A stretch of DNA of 64,000 nt from assembly GCA_019359745.1 (NCBI GenBank), contig JAHHGT010000006.1:153371-217370 (forward strand), in the 5' to 3' direction. Below the pieces are notes generated by a model. That model did not search any database. It worked only from the letters and a program-made list of their open reading frames with translations, and had not been told where the DNA came from. A program made the position numbers and the translations under genes. How positions within the stretch are numbered: the stretch's first letter is position 1; each line of letters begins with the position of its first letter. The DNA comes from Aphanothece saxicola GSE-SYN-MK-01-06B (GTDB lineage: Bacteria > Cyanobacteriota > Cyanobacteriia > PCC-6307 > Cyanobiaceae). Of the stretch, positions 39,003-48,745 are shown one piece after another.

Positions 39003-40445
39003 TTGTATCCCGTCCTCGGGCACGCCGTCATGGTGACCAGCGCATCTCCGGCAACCGATTCGGTCGCCCCTGTCGCCGGAGAAGCCGCGGCGGCGTTTGA
39101 GCAGGGCCTCGATCACCTCAGCCCCAACCGCAACCTGGCCCCGCTCACGGCCCGGCTCGATGCCCTGGGCCGGTTGGAGGTGGGTGGGGTGGCCCTGGGC
39201 GAACTGGCCCAGACCTACGGCACCCCGCTGTATGTGATCGACGAGGAGACCCTGCGGGCCACCTGCCGGGCCTACCGCCTGGCGCTGGCCGGCCACTACC
39301 CCGGCGACGCCCTGGCCCTCTATGCCTCCAAGGCGAACAGCTCCCTGGCGATCACGGCACTGGTGGCCTCCGAGGGGCTGGGCCTCGATGCCGTCTCGGC
39401 CGGCGAACTGCTCACGGCGCTGCAGGGCGGCATGCCGGCCGAGCGGATCGTCTTCCATGGCAACAACAAGTCGGCCGAGGAGCTCCAGCTCGCCATCGAC
39501 CGCGGCGTCACCGTGGTGCTCGACAACTGGAACGACATTGAGCTGCTCTCCACCCTGGCGTCCGGGCGGGCCAAGCCGGTGCGGCTGCTGGTGCGGTTCA
39601 CGCCGGGCATCGAATGCCACACGCACGAGTACATCCGCACCGGCCACCTGGACAGCAAGTTCGGCTTCGACCCCGACCAGCTGGAATCGGTGCTGCGCCA
39701 CCTGGCCGGCTGCCCCTGGGCCTTGGTCGATGGTCTGCATGCCCACATCGGCTCCCAGATCTTCGAACTGGAACCCCACCGGGACCTGGCGGCGGTGATG
39801 GCGGAGGCCCTGCTCCTGGCCCGCTCCCTGGGCCACCCCTGCGGCGACCTCAACGTCGGTGGTGGCCTCGGCATCCGTTATGTGGGCTCGGATGATCCCC
39901 CGAGCATCCAGGAGTGGGTGCGGGTGGTCGCGGGGGCCGTGGCGGAGGCCTGCAGCCAGCGCCAGCTGGTGCTGCCGCGGCTGCTCTGCGAACCCGGCCG
40001 CTCCCTGGTGGCCACGGCCGGCCTGACCCTTTACACGGTGGGCAGCCGCAAGCAGATTCCAGGCCTGCGCACCTACCTCTCGGTGGATGGCGGCATGAGC
40101 GACAACCCCCGACCGATCACCTATCAATCGCTGTACACGGCTGTGCTGGCCAACCGCCCCCTGGCCGAGGGCACCGACCTGGTGACCGTGGCCGGCAAGC
40201 ACTGCGAGTCCGGCGACGTTCTGCTGCACGACGTCCGTCTGCCGGCCACCGCCCCCGGGGACGTCCTCGCCGTGTTCGCCACCGGCGCCTACAACGCCGC
40301 GATGGGGTCCAACTACAACCGCATCCCGAGACCGGCGGCGGTGCTGGTCCACGACGGCGTGGCCGAGGTGGTGCAGCGGCGGGAACAGCCGGAAGACCTA
40401 CTGCGCTACGACGTTCTGCCCCACCGGCTCCTGCCGGTATCCTGA
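39003..40445 (+). CDS. lysA: Diaminopimelate decarboxylase
   Basis: 480 aa, PLP fold-III decarboxylase with YASKANS (PLP Lys), HAHIGSQI, NVGGGLGIRY and CESGD motifs. An alternative ATG lies at 39030. Confidence 0.95.
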   Translation: MYPVLGHAVMVTSASPATDSVAPVAGEAAAAFEQGLDHLSPNRNLAPLTARLDALGRLEVGGVALGELAQTYGTPLYVIDEETLRATCRAYRLALAGHYPGDALALYASKANSSLAITALVASEGLGLDAVSAGELLTALQGGMPAERIVFHGNNKSAEELQLAIDRGVTVVLDNWNDIELLSTLASGRAKPVRLLVRFTPGIECHTHEYIRTGHLDSKFGFDPDQLESVLRHLAGCPWALVDGLHAHIGSQIFELEPHRDLAAVMAEALLLARSLGHPCGDLNVGGGLGIRYVGSDDPPSIQEWVRVVAGAVAEACSQRQLVLPRLLCEPGRSLVATAGLTLYTVGSRKQIPGLRTYLSVDGGMSDNPRPITYQSLYTAVLANRPLAEGTDLVTVAGKHCESGDVLLHDVRLPATAPGDVLAVFATGAYNAAMGSNYNRIPRPAAVLVHDGVAEVVQRREQPEDLLRYDVLPHRLLPVS

Positions 40446-40493
40446 GCCCATCAGGCGGCCCTGCGTTGAACCGGCCTGCCCCTCTCCTGCGTT

Positions 40494-41309
40494 GTGATCT
40501 GGCTGCGGCTCATCGACTTCCGCCTGCTGCTTGATCTTCTGTTCGCCTCCCTGCTCGGGCTGCTGTTGCTCGGCAGGGTCACGGAGGCCCGCACCCTCTG
40601 GCTGCTGCGGGGCTACCTGTTTCTGGTGGCACTGGCCTGGTTCGTGCAGCGCTACGCCAACCTGCCGCTCACCAGCAGCCTTGTGGACGCCCTGGTGCTG
40701 GCCTGCAGCCTCGCCCTGGCGATCCTCTGGCAGGGGGAACTGCGGCGCCTGATGGAGCTTCTCGGCACCGGACGCCTGGGCGTGCTGTTCGCCGACCGCA
40801 GCCGTGATCAGCTGGCGTCGGGGTCGGTGAGCATGCTCACCGAGGCGGCCGGCCGCCTCTCCCAGGCCCGTTGCGGCGCCCTGATCGTGCTTGATCTGGG
40901 CAGCGACCTGCGCCCCGAGGACTTCCTCAACCCCGGCATCCGCATCGACGCCCATCTCTCCGTCGAGCTGATGCTGAACCTCTTCGCCATGGACACGCCC
41001 CTGCACGACGGCGCCGTGCTGGTTCAGAAGAACCGCATCGTGGCGGCGGGCGTGATCCTGCCCCTCTCCCGCCAGGGGCTGAACCGCTACGGCACCCGCC
41101 ACCTGGCCGCCATGGGCCTGACCGAACGCCACGACGGCTGTTTCTGCATCGTCGTCTCCGAGGAGACGGGCACCCTGTCGCTGGCCTCCCAGGGGCGGCT
41201 GGAGCGGCCGATCACCAGTAGCCGGCTGCACGACCTGCTCACCGAGGCCCTGGCCTCCGCGCCCACGGGGCGTAGCGTGGCGGCGGACCCGCCGGAACAT
41301 CGCGGATGA
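40494..41309 (+). CDS. cdaA: Diadenylate cyclase CdaA (c-di-AMP synthase)
   Basis: 271 aa with three N-terminal TM helices then a DAC domain (GALIVL...PLHDGAVLV...[15 protein letters not shown]...[11 protein letters not shown]). Conserved lysA-cdaA-uppS context. Confidence 0.85.
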   Translation: MIWLRLIDFRLLLDLLFASLLGLLLLGRVTEARTLWLLRGYLFLVALAWFVQRYANLPLTSSLVDALVLACSLALAILWQGELRRLMELLGTGRLGVLFADRSRDQLASGSVSMLTEAAGRLSQARCGALIVLDLGSDLRPEDFLNPGIRIDAHLSVELMLNLFAMDTPLHDGAVLVQKNRIVAAGVILPLSRQGLNRYGTRHLAAMGLTERHDGCFCIVVSEETGTLSLASQGRLERPITSSRLHDLLTEALASAPTGRSVAADPPEHRG

Positions 41310-42094
41310 GTCGCGCCCTGGCGACCACTCCATCGTCCGATCCCGATCAGCTGCCCGCCCAGCTGGATCCGGCTCGGCTGCCCCGTCACGTGGCGGTGAT
41401 CATGGACGGCAACGGCCGTTGGGCGCGGCAGCGGGGTCTGCCCAGGGCCATGGGTCACCGTGCCGGGGTGGAGACGCTCAAGCGCACCCTGCGTCACTGC
41501 AGCGACTGGGGCATCGGTGCCCTCACGGCCTACGCCTTCTCCACCGAGAACTGGACCCGACCCGGCGAGGAGGTGGCCTTCCTGATGGCCCTGTTCGAGC
41601 GGGTGCTCGCCCGGGAGCTGGAAGCGCTCGAACGCCAGCAGGTGCGCATCCGCTTCCTCGGCGATCTGGAGCCGCTGCCAGAAGGCCTGAAGGACCTGAT
41701 CCGCGATGCCACCGAACGCACCGCCGCCAACAACGGCATCCATTTCAACGTCTGCACCAACTACGGCGGCCGCAGCGAGCTGGTGCGGGCGGCCCGGCAC
41801 CTGGCGGAGCGGGCGGCCCGCGGCGAACTCGATCCGGCCAGCATCAACGAGGATCTGTTCGCCGCCGAGCTGTTCACCGCCGGCGATGCCGACCCCGACC
41901 TGCTGATCCGCACCAGCGGTGAGCAACGCATCAGCAACTTCCTGCTCTGGCAGCTGGCCTATGCAGAGCTGCACATCACCGAGGTGCTCTGGCCCGACTT
42001 CGACACCGGGGCCCTGTTGGCGGCGCTGCTCGATTATCAGGGGCGCCAGCGCCGCTTCGGCGGCGTCCAGAACGGTGTGGAGAACGCCCCATGA
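41306..42094 (+). CDS. uppS: Undecaprenyl (isoprenyl) diphosphate synthase
   Basis: 262 aa with [20 protein letters not shown] and [29 protein letters not shown] overlaps with both neighbours. Confidence 0.95.
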   Translation: MSRALATTPSSDPDQLPAQLDPARLPRHVAVIMDGNGRWARQRGLPRAMGHRAGVETLKRTLRHCSDWGIGALTAYAFSTENWTRPGEEVAFLMALFERVLARELEALERQQVRIRFLGDLEPLPEGLKDLIRDATERTAANNGIHFNVCTNYGGRSELVRAARHLAERAARGELDPASINEDLFAAELFTAGDADPDLLIRTSGEQRISNFLLWQLAYAELHITEVLWPDFDTGALLAALLDYQGRQRRFGGVQNGVENAP

Positions 42095-43071
42095 CCCTGC
42101 GCCACGACTGGTCCCGCCAGGAGATCCAGACCCTGCTTGAACTGCCCCTGATGGATCTGCTCTGGCAGGCCCAGGGCGTCCACCGCAGCGCCAACCCCGG
42201 CTACCACGTGCAGTTGGCCTCGCTGCTGAGCGTCAAGACGGGAGGTTGCGAGGAGGACTGCGCCTACTGCCCCCAGTCGATGCACCACCCCAGCGACGTG
42301 GGCGGCCAGCCGGCGCTGGCGGTGGCACCGGTGCTGGAGCGTGCCCGTCAGGCCAGGGAGGCCGGTGCCCATCGCTTCTGCATGGGCTGGGCCTGGCGGG
42401 AGATCCGCGATGGGGCGCCGTTCGAGGCCATGCTCGCCATGGTTCGCGGCGTGCGGGAACTGGGCCTGGAAGCCTGCGTCACCGCCGGCATGCTCACAGG
42501 CGACCAGGCGGCCCGACTGGCGGAGGCGGGACTCACCGCCTACAACCACAACCTCGACACCAGCCCCGAGCACTACGACCGCATCATCTCCACCCGCACC
42601 TACCAGGAACGCCTCGACACCCTGCAGCGGGTGCGCGGTGCCGGCATCGAGCTCTGCTGCGGCGGCATCATCGGGCTGGGCGAAGGCCCCGAAGACCGGG
42701 CCGGGCTGCTGCAGGTGCTGGCCTGCCTGGATCCCCACCCGGAAAGCGTGCCGATCAACGCCCTGGTGGCCGTGGAGGGCACCCCGCTGGAGGAGCAGCC
42801 CGCGATTGACCCCCTGGAGCTGGTGCGGATGGTGGCCACCGCCCGCATCCTCATGCCCCACAGCCGGGTGCGGCTCAGCGCCGGGCGCGAGCAGCTCGGG
42901 CGGGAAGCCCAGATCCTCTGCCTCCTGGCGGGCGCCGATTCGATCTTCTACGGCGACACCCTGCTCACCACCTCCAACCCGGCGGTGGCCAGCGACCAGG
43001 AGCTGCTGCAGGCCGCCGGGGTGCGGATGCAGCTGGAGGAGCAGCCGCTGGCGGCCGCCGCCGGCCGCTGA
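42091..43071 (+). CDS. bioB: Biotin synthase
   Basis: 326 aa with the radical-SAM motif [11 protein letters not shown] plus YNHNLDTS and GGIIGLGE. Confidence 0.95.
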   Translation: MTLRHDWSRQEIQTLLELPLMDLLWQAQGVHRSANPGYHVQLASLLSVKTGGCEEDCAYCPQSMHHPSDVGGQPALAVAPVLERARQAREAGAHRFCMGWAWREIRDGAPFEAMLAMVRGVRELGLEACVTAGMLTGDQAARLAEAGLTAYNHNLDTSPEHYDRIISTRTYQERLDTLQRVRGAGIELCCGGIIGLGEGPEDRAGLLQVLACLDPHPESVPINALVAVEGTPLEEQPAIDPLELVRMVATARILMPHSRVRLSAGREQLGREAQILCLLAGADSIFYGDTLLTTSNPAVASDQELLQAAGVRMQLEEQPLAAAAGR

Positions 43072-43073
43072 GG

Positions 43074-44012
43074 GTGCAGGTCGCCGCGTTCTACCGTTTC
43101 GTCCCCCTTTCCAGCGAGGAATTGCCGGACTGGCAAACCCGGCTGGTGGCGCTGGGGAGCGAAACAGGTCTGCTGGGCACCATCCTGCTGGCCACCGAGG
43201 GCATCAACGGCACGGTCGCCGGAACGGCCTCCAGCGTCGCCGCCCTGCTGGAGCTGCTGCAGGCCGACCCCCGCCTGGCAAACCTGGAAGTGAAGCGCAG
43301 TCAGGCCGAGGGGCGGGTGTTCCACCGCTTCAAGGTGCGCCTCAAGGCGGAGATCGTGACGATGGCCGAGCCCACGGCGCAGCCGTCCCTGGGCACCGGG
43401 GTGCCGGTGCCGCCCGAGCAATGGAACGCCGTACTTGGCGATCCCGGCACCCTGGCCATCGACACCCGCAACCACTACGAGGTGGCCCTGGGCAGCTTCG
43501 AAGGCGCCATTGACCCCGGCACCGAGGCCTTCAGCGACTTTCCCGCCTGGGTGGAGCAACGGCTGCGGCCGCTGCTGGCCGAGAAGCGCCCGCAGCGGCT
43601 GGCGCTGTTCTGCACCGGCGGCATCCGCTGTGAGAAAGCCACGGCCTACCTGCTGGCCCAGGGGTTCGAGGACGTGCTGCAGCTGCAGGGCGGCATCCTC
43701 AACTACCTGGAACAAGTGCCCGAAGCCGAGAGCCGCTGGAAGGGGGAGTGCTACGTCTTCGATCAGCGGGTGGCCCTCAACCACCAGCTGCAGCCGGGCT
43801 GCTATCACGTCTGCCACGCCTGCGGGCTGCCCCTGGCCCCGGCCGACCTGCAGCTGGACAGCTACGTGGCGGGGGTGAGCTGCCGCCACTGCATCGATCG
43901 GTTCACCCCGGCCGACCGGGAGCGTTTCGCCGAGCGCCAGCGCCAGATGCGGCGGGCCGAGGCCTGCGGCGAGCCGCACATCGGCCGGGCGATGCCCAAC
44001 GCCGGCGCCTGA
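43074..44012 (+). CDS. trhO: Rhodanese-domain tRNA uridine(34) hydroxylase (TrhO/YceA, UPF0176)
   Basis: 312 aa with N-terminal VAAFYRFV, the rhodanese active-site loop FCTGGIRCEKA and a C-terminal Cys cluster (CHACG...CRHC). GTG start. Confidence 0.85.
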   Translation: MQVAAFYRFVPLSSEELPDWQTRLVALGSETGLLGTILLATEGINGTVAGTASSVAALLELLQADPRLANLEVKRSQAEGRVFHRFKVRLKAEIVTMAEPTAQPSLGTGVPVPPEQWNAVLGDPGTLAIDTRNHYEVALGSFEGAIDPGTEAFSDFPAWVEQRLRPLLAEKRPQRLALFCTGGIRCEKATAYLLAQGFEDVLQLQGGILNYLEQVPEAESRWKGECYVFDQRVALNHQLQPGCYHVCHACGLPLAPADLQLDSYVAGVSCRHCIDRFTPADRERFAERQRQMRRAEACGEPHIGRAMPNAGA

Positions 44013-44016
44013 ACCG

Positions 44017-45054
44017 ATGGCGGCCGCCCTGCCGATCCTGTACAGCTTCCGCCGCTGCCCCTATGCGATCCGGGCGCGGCTGGCCCTGGCGGCGGCGGAG
44101 CTGAGGCCGGGGTTGGATCTGGAGGTTCGGGAGGTGCACCTGGGCCGCAAGCCCCCCGAACTGCTCGAGGCCTCCGCCGCTGGCACCGTGCCGGTGCTGG
44201 TGCTGCCGCCGGAAGCGTGCGCCGATCTCCAAGGGGCCGACCGGGTGCGGCCCGACAGCCTGGCGGTGATGGCCTGGGCACTGGCGCGGCACGACCCCGG
44301 CGACCTGCAACGTTGCGGGGCCGATGCCGCCGCCGCTGGGGAGCGGGCCAGGATCGCCGCCCTGATCGCGCAGAACGATGGCGATTTCAAGCACCATCTG
44401 GATCGTTTCAAGTACGCCCACCGCTATCCCGGCGACGACCCGGAACGGCATCGCGGCGCGGCGCTGGAGATCCTGCGCTGCTGGAGTTCCGCCCTGGAGA
44501 GCAGCGGCTGGCTGGTGGGGGGGCGTCCTTGCCTGGCCGATTTGGCCCTGCTGCCCTTCGTGCGCCAGTTCCGACTCGCCGATGCGGAGGACTTCGATCG
44601 GCAGAGCGATCTGGCTCCGCTGCACCGCTGGCTGCAACGGTTCCTGCAGGGGCCCGAACTGGGGGCCGTGATGGCCTGGCCCTGGGCGCCGCGGCGGCCC
44701 TGGCGCTCGGCCGGGTGGATCTACCACCTGGCCCTGGCCGACGAATGGCGCCAGGCCCGGGCCGCAGGGGTGTACGAACGCTCGACCCGCGGGCAATCGC
44801 TGCAGGACGTGGGCTTCATCCATGCCAGCGGGGCCGAACAGGTGGAGGCCACCTACGGGCGCTTCTACGCCGATGCGGGGGAAGTGCTGCTGCTGACCAT
44901 CGCCCCCGATCGCCTGACGGCCCCGTTGCTCTGGGAGCCGGCTCCGGACACGGGCGAGTGCTTCCCCCACATCCATGGCCCGCTGCCCCTGGAGGCGGTG
45001 CTCGCCGCCGAATCGTTCCCTGCACCGGAGCCCGCAGCCGGCCAGCCATGTTGA
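44017..45054 (+). CDS. Glutathione S-transferase-like / DUF952 fusion protein
   Basis: 345 aa with a GST N-domain (ILYSFRRCPYAIRARLAL...GTVPVLV), a GST C-like helices region, then DUF952 (IYHLALADEW...GFIHASGAEQV...LLLTIAPDRL...CFPHIHGPL). Confidence 0.75.
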   Translation: MAAALPILYSFRRCPYAIRARLALAAAELRPGLDLEVREVHLGRKPPELLEASAAGTVPVLVLPPEACADLQGADRVRPDSLAVMAWALARHDPGDLQRCGADAAAAGERARIAALIAQNDGDFKHHLDRFKYAHRYPGDDPERHRGAALEILRCWSSALESSGWLVGGRPCLADLALLPFVRQFRLADAEDFDRQSDLAPLHRWLQRFLQGPELGAVMAWPWAPRRPWRSAGWIYHLALADEWRQARAAGVYERSTRGQSLQDVGFIHASGAEQVEATYGRFYADAGEVLLLTIAPDRLTAPLLWEPAPDTGECFPHIHGPLPLEAVLAAESFPAPEPAAGQPC

Positions 45055-45548
45055 GCCTGGCTGCGCTGGAGGAGCGGGCCAGGGGCCATGGACTGCTGCT
45101 GCGGCTGCAGGTGAAGGGACTGGCGGGGGTACGGGGGCTGAGGGTGGCGGTCGCCCGGCCGCGGGCGGAGCAGCCGCCGCTGCTGCTGGGGGAACTCAAG
45201 GGCTGGTGCCTGCCCCTGGCCGATGGCCTGCGCCTTGACACGCTGCGGGTGCAGGGGGAGCGCACCGCGGCCGTGGGGCCGCTGATCTGGGCGGCCACCT
45301 TCGCCTGGGCCCTGGAAACCACCCCCTGCCGCTCGGCCCGCCTGCTGGCGATCCGCGATGGGGAACGCCAGCACCGGCGCCTGCGGCGCTACTTCCGGCG
45401 ACTCGGCTTCACGCCGCTGCGGGAGCTGGGCAGCGGCCCGCTGGATCTCGCACCGCGACTGCTCTGGGGCGGGGCGGGTCTGCTGATGCAAGGCGACTGC
45501 GAGGAGGGCCTGCGCCGCAGCGAGCGCTGGCTGGCGTGCAGCCCATGA
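45048..45548 (+). CDS. Conserved hypothetical protein (GNAT-like C-terminal pattern)
   Basis: 166 aa from ATG 45048 (7-nt overlap with the upstream stop). RRLRRYFRRLGFTPL resembles the GNAT beta4-alpha3 region. It is the last gene of the long co-directional array. Confidence 0.5.
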   Translation: MLSLAALEERARGHGLLLRLQVKGLAGVRGLRVAVARPRAEQPPLLLGELKGWCLPLADGLRLDTLRVQGERTAAVGPLIWAATFAWALETTPCRSARLLAIRDGERQHRRLRRYFRRLGFTPLRELGSGPLDLAPRLLWGGAGLLMQGDCEEGLRRSERWLACSP

Positions 45549-46045
45549 CACCGACGTTGGGTTTGGGCTAACGGGTAGGACCATGGCCGCCGCCGCCCTG
45601 TCGATCAACAATCCGTCAGGAAACACTCTCTACGACGACGTCGTCAGGTCCGGTTGCAGCGTTGAGCCACTGCAGCCGGACCAGAGCAACTCCCTCAGCA
45701 TTGACCGGAACAGCATCACGATCAAAGCCGCTCCTCCGATGAGGATCTAGGTGTCGAGTTGTGCGAGCCTGATTGCAACTCCAGGACAGGATTCGATCGG
45801 ATCACGGCGGGGGCAGCGACACCTTCGTCCACGTTCGCGCCGAGAGCAGCCAAGCTGGCCTGCAGCACTTCAACGGGATCGGTTCAAGGGCGTTCTTCGG
45901 GCAGGCCGACCAACGGCGGCTGGAACAGAACCGACGGCAGAATCATGCCCTGACGCGAGGAGACATCGATGGCCATGGCACCAGCGACATCGAAGTGATG
46001 TTGATGGGACCGCTGCTGCTTTCAGCGTCCAACCTGATCCTTTCA

Positions 46046-46393
46046 TCAAGCAACATCTCCTGCTTGCAGGATGCAACGCAACGCTTGAACATCTGGAGAT
46101 GTCATCGACATCCCGCGGTCCAGTGTGCTCCGAGGCTGGCGACCGCCGCTGGAACCTGTCGCCGATGCTCCATGCAGGTCGCTGCTGAGGGAATTCGACA
46201 TCTGGGGGCGATCGGTAGCCTCAGGGAGTGCACGGTTGCGGTTCCGCCGGCAACGCTCCGAGCAATAGCGAACCTCCTCCCAGACGTCTTTCCACTTCTT
46301 ACGCCACTGGAACGGTCGACCACAGACCACGCAGGTTTTGGTGGGGCGATCAACGTGATGGGGCATCCGGTCCTGAAGGACTTGTTCCAGCAT
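46046..46393 (-). CDS. DUF2256 zinc-ribbon-like protein (with unusual C-terminal extension)
   Basis: The N-terminal [34 protein letters not shown] is the DUF2256 signature. The remaining ~55 aa are low-complexity and run into an ORF-poor zone. Confidence 0.6.
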   Translation of the reverse strand: MLEQVLQDRMPHHVDRPTKTCVVCGRPFQWRKKWKDVWEEVRYCSERCRRNRNRALPEATDRPQMSNSLSSDLHGASATGSSGGRQPRSTLDRGMSMTSPDVQALRCILQAGDVA

Positions 46394-46522
46394 GACGGAA
46401 CGGAACGCTTTGCCGTGGGCCGTTGGCAGGATGGAGGTTCAAGCTGACCTCCCGGCTGGGCGTTCCTGGGAAGGCGGTAGCAGGCCTGCCTACGCTGGCG
46501 AAAGCCATCTGCACAAGAGCGC

Positions 46523-47557
46523 GTGTCTGACGCCAGCTTCTATGTCATCGGACGCGATGGACCTGCGAAGCGCGTGGCATCGCCGGTGGAGGCTGTCACG
46601 GCCGCCGAGGCGGAAGGGTTCGCCTGGTTGCACTACCGCGAGGCCACCAGGGACGATCTGGCGGAGCTTGTCGGCCTGCTTGGCCTGCACGCGCTGGCCA
46701 TCGAAGATTGCCTTGATGACAACCAAATTCCCAAGGTGGACGAGTTCCCAGACAACACTTTCATCCTTTTCAACACGTTTCAGTACGACCAGTGCACCCT
46801 GGAAGTGGGCGAAATCAACCTGTTCCTCGGCAAGAGGTTTCTGGTCAGCATCAGTCATCTTGATTCCAGGCACCGCTCCTATCTCGATGGTGTTCAGCGG
46901 ATTGCCGAAAGGGGCATCGACGACGTCCGCCAGGGCCCGTCGCACCTCATGGAACTGATCCTCGATCACGTCGTCGATCAGAAGTTTGTGGCCATCGAAG
47001 CCCTTGAGGATGAACTGGATGATGTGGAGGGAGCCCTGATTGCGGATCCGGCCAGTTTCAAACCCGCTGAGCTGATCAGGTTTCGGCGCTATCTGCTGAG
47101 ACTTCGCAAGAGTCTGTTTCACGAACGAGAGATCCTCAGCAAGATCTGCCGAGGCGATTTTCCTCTGATTTCAGAGAAAGCCCTTTACCACTATCGCGAC
47201 ATCTATGACCATCTGGTGCGGTTCTACGAGGTCACCGAGTCGTATCGGGACATCGTCACAAGCCTGATGGAGATGTATCTGTCGATGCTCAACAATCAGA
47301 TGGCCAAAGCCGCCAACGACACCAACGCCACCGTCAGGCGCCTGACACTGATCACAACGATCTTCATGCCACTGACCCTGCTGGCGGGCATCGGCGGCAT
47401 GTCCGAATGGACGATGATCACCGGCCCCAAAAACTGGCGTGTGTCCTATCCGGCCTTCATGCTCGCCATGGTGGTGGTCGGCTTTGCCAGTTACTACGTC
47501 CTCAGCCGTCTGGACCGGAACCGAAACCCGCCGAGGCGCACCAGGCCGCTGTCATAA
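46523..47557 (+). CDS. CorA-family divalent cation transporter (GMS variant of the GMN motif)
   Basis: 344 aa with a CorA cytoplasmic domain and two C-terminal TM helices. The pore-loop region reads FMPLTLLAGIGGMSEW where CorA normally has YGMNF. GTG start. Confidence 0.85.
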   Translation: MSDASFYVIGRDGPAKRVASPVEAVTAAEAEGFAWLHYREATRDDLAELVGLLGLHALAIEDCLDDNQIPKVDEFPDNTFILFNTFQYDQCTLEVGEINLFLGKRFLVSISHLDSRHRSYLDGVQRIAERGIDDVRQGPSHLMELILDHVVDQKFVAIEALEDELDDVEGALIADPASFKPAELIRFRRYLLRLRKSLFHEREILSKICRGDFPLISEKALYHYRDIYDHLVRFYEVTESYRDIVTSLMEMYLSMLNNQMAKAANDTNATVRRLTLITTIFMPLTLLAGIGGMSEWTMITGPKNWRVSYPAFMLAMVVVGFASYYVLSRLDRNRNPPRRTRPLS

Positions 47558-47686
47558 CCGCACCTTGGTCGTCCGTGGCTGCACCCACTGAACGGCTGAA
47601 GCCCTCAGTTGCGTCGGCGTTGGCGGGCCTGACGACGGGAGGCGGCCTGGGAAGTGGTTGCCTTCTCCTGCGAAAAAGCGACTCGC

Positions 47687-48139
47687 TCAGCCCAGCACAC
47701 CGCCGAGGCGGATCAGGGCCCCCACCACCACGAAGGCGATCGCCAGGGCGGTGATGCCGCGGATGTGCCAGGCCAGGCCACTCAGGGTGGCGTCCGTGAG
47801 GTTGGGGATCAGGCGCAGCCGGGCATGCACGGCCAGGGCGGCGGTGGCGGTCAACAACAGCAGCTTGGTCCCCACCAGCAGGCCGATCGGGTTGGCTGGG
47901 TCAAACAAGCCATGGAAGTCAGGCAGAAGGATCCAGCCCATCCAGAGGCCGGTGATCACCTGCAGGGCGAGGGCCGTGAGGCCAAGGGGCTCGAAGAACG
48001 CCTCAAAGTCACGGATGCGATCAGCGCTCCGCTCCCGCAGGGCCTTGGGCAACACACCCAGATCGAGCACCAGGTGGCCACCGGTCCACACCGTGGCGGC
48101 CAGGGCGTGAACGATGACCAGATACGGGAAGGGGGACAT
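47687..48139 (-). CDS. Four-TM membrane protein (CopD-like, tentative)
   Basis: 150 aa from ATG 48139 (MSPFPYLVIVHALAATVWTGGHLVL...). The helix spacing and His/Trp placement resemble CopD-type domains. Weak call. Confidence 0.45.
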   Translation of the reverse strand: MSPFPYLVIVHALAATVWTGGHLVLDLGVLPKALRERSADRIRDFEAFFEPLGLTALALQVITGLWMGWILLPDFHGLFDPANPIGLLVGTKLLLLTATAALAVHARLRLIPNLTDATLSGLAWHIRGITALAIAFVVVGALIRLGGVLG

Positions 48140-48336
48140 GCATCGACGGAGGGCGTGCTGCCACCCTGACGGCCCTGTCATGGCACCGGGCCCCCTCGGG
48201 GTAGGCCGCTGGGCGAAGGCAAGGTCCGGCAGTGGCACCTCAAATCTGGTAACAACCGATACGATTAAGGCCAACCACCTCCTGGAGGGCGTCGCCACTG
48301 CGGCCACCCCCGGAGCCCAGCAGCAGGACACCTCCC

Positions 48337-48732
48337 ATGGCCACCGGTTGCTTCCCCCATCAGTTCGAAGGCAGTTTTTCTGCCTTCAAAGAGCGGCAGC
48401 TGGTGTTCGCGCTCACGCGACAGCTGGCCGACGCCCAATTCCGTCGGGGCGACCCTTCCCGGAGCGCGCGACTCTGGCAGGAGGCCGCTGCGGAGGCCAT
48501 GGACGCGGAGCGGATCACTGGCTTGCTCTATGGCGTCCACGATCATGACGACCTCGAAGCGATGGAAGCCGTGGATCGCCCCTACCGCGAGCGGCAACAG
48601 GAGGCCTTGCGCCGGGCCGGCTCACCCCTGGCCCGGTTGGCACGCCTCACAGGGCCCCGCCCGGTTCGCCCGTCCCGGAGTCACCGATCGGCGAGGCCGA
48701 GCCAGATCCTCCCCCCTGGCCATGGCCGCTGA
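48337..48732 (+). CDS. Hypothetical protein
   Basis: 131-aa ORF ending 13 nt before the Nif11-type ORF on the same strand. No motif recognised, and the C-terminus is Arg/Pro/Ser-rich. Confidence 0.3.
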   Translation: MATGCFPHQFEGSFSAFKERQLVFALTRQLADAQFRRGDPSRSARLWQEAAAEAMDAERITGLLYGVHDHDDLEAMEAVDRPYRERQQEALRRAGSPLARLARLTGPRPVRPSRSHRSARPSQILPPGHGR

Positions 48733-48745
48733 GGGACTCGGCCCC

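Noticed and set aside
45773-46447. 224-aa + strand ORF across the island junction
   Set aside because: Its 3-prime half is antisense to the DUF2256 gene, whose Cys motif is unmistakable. The 5-prime half has no motif.
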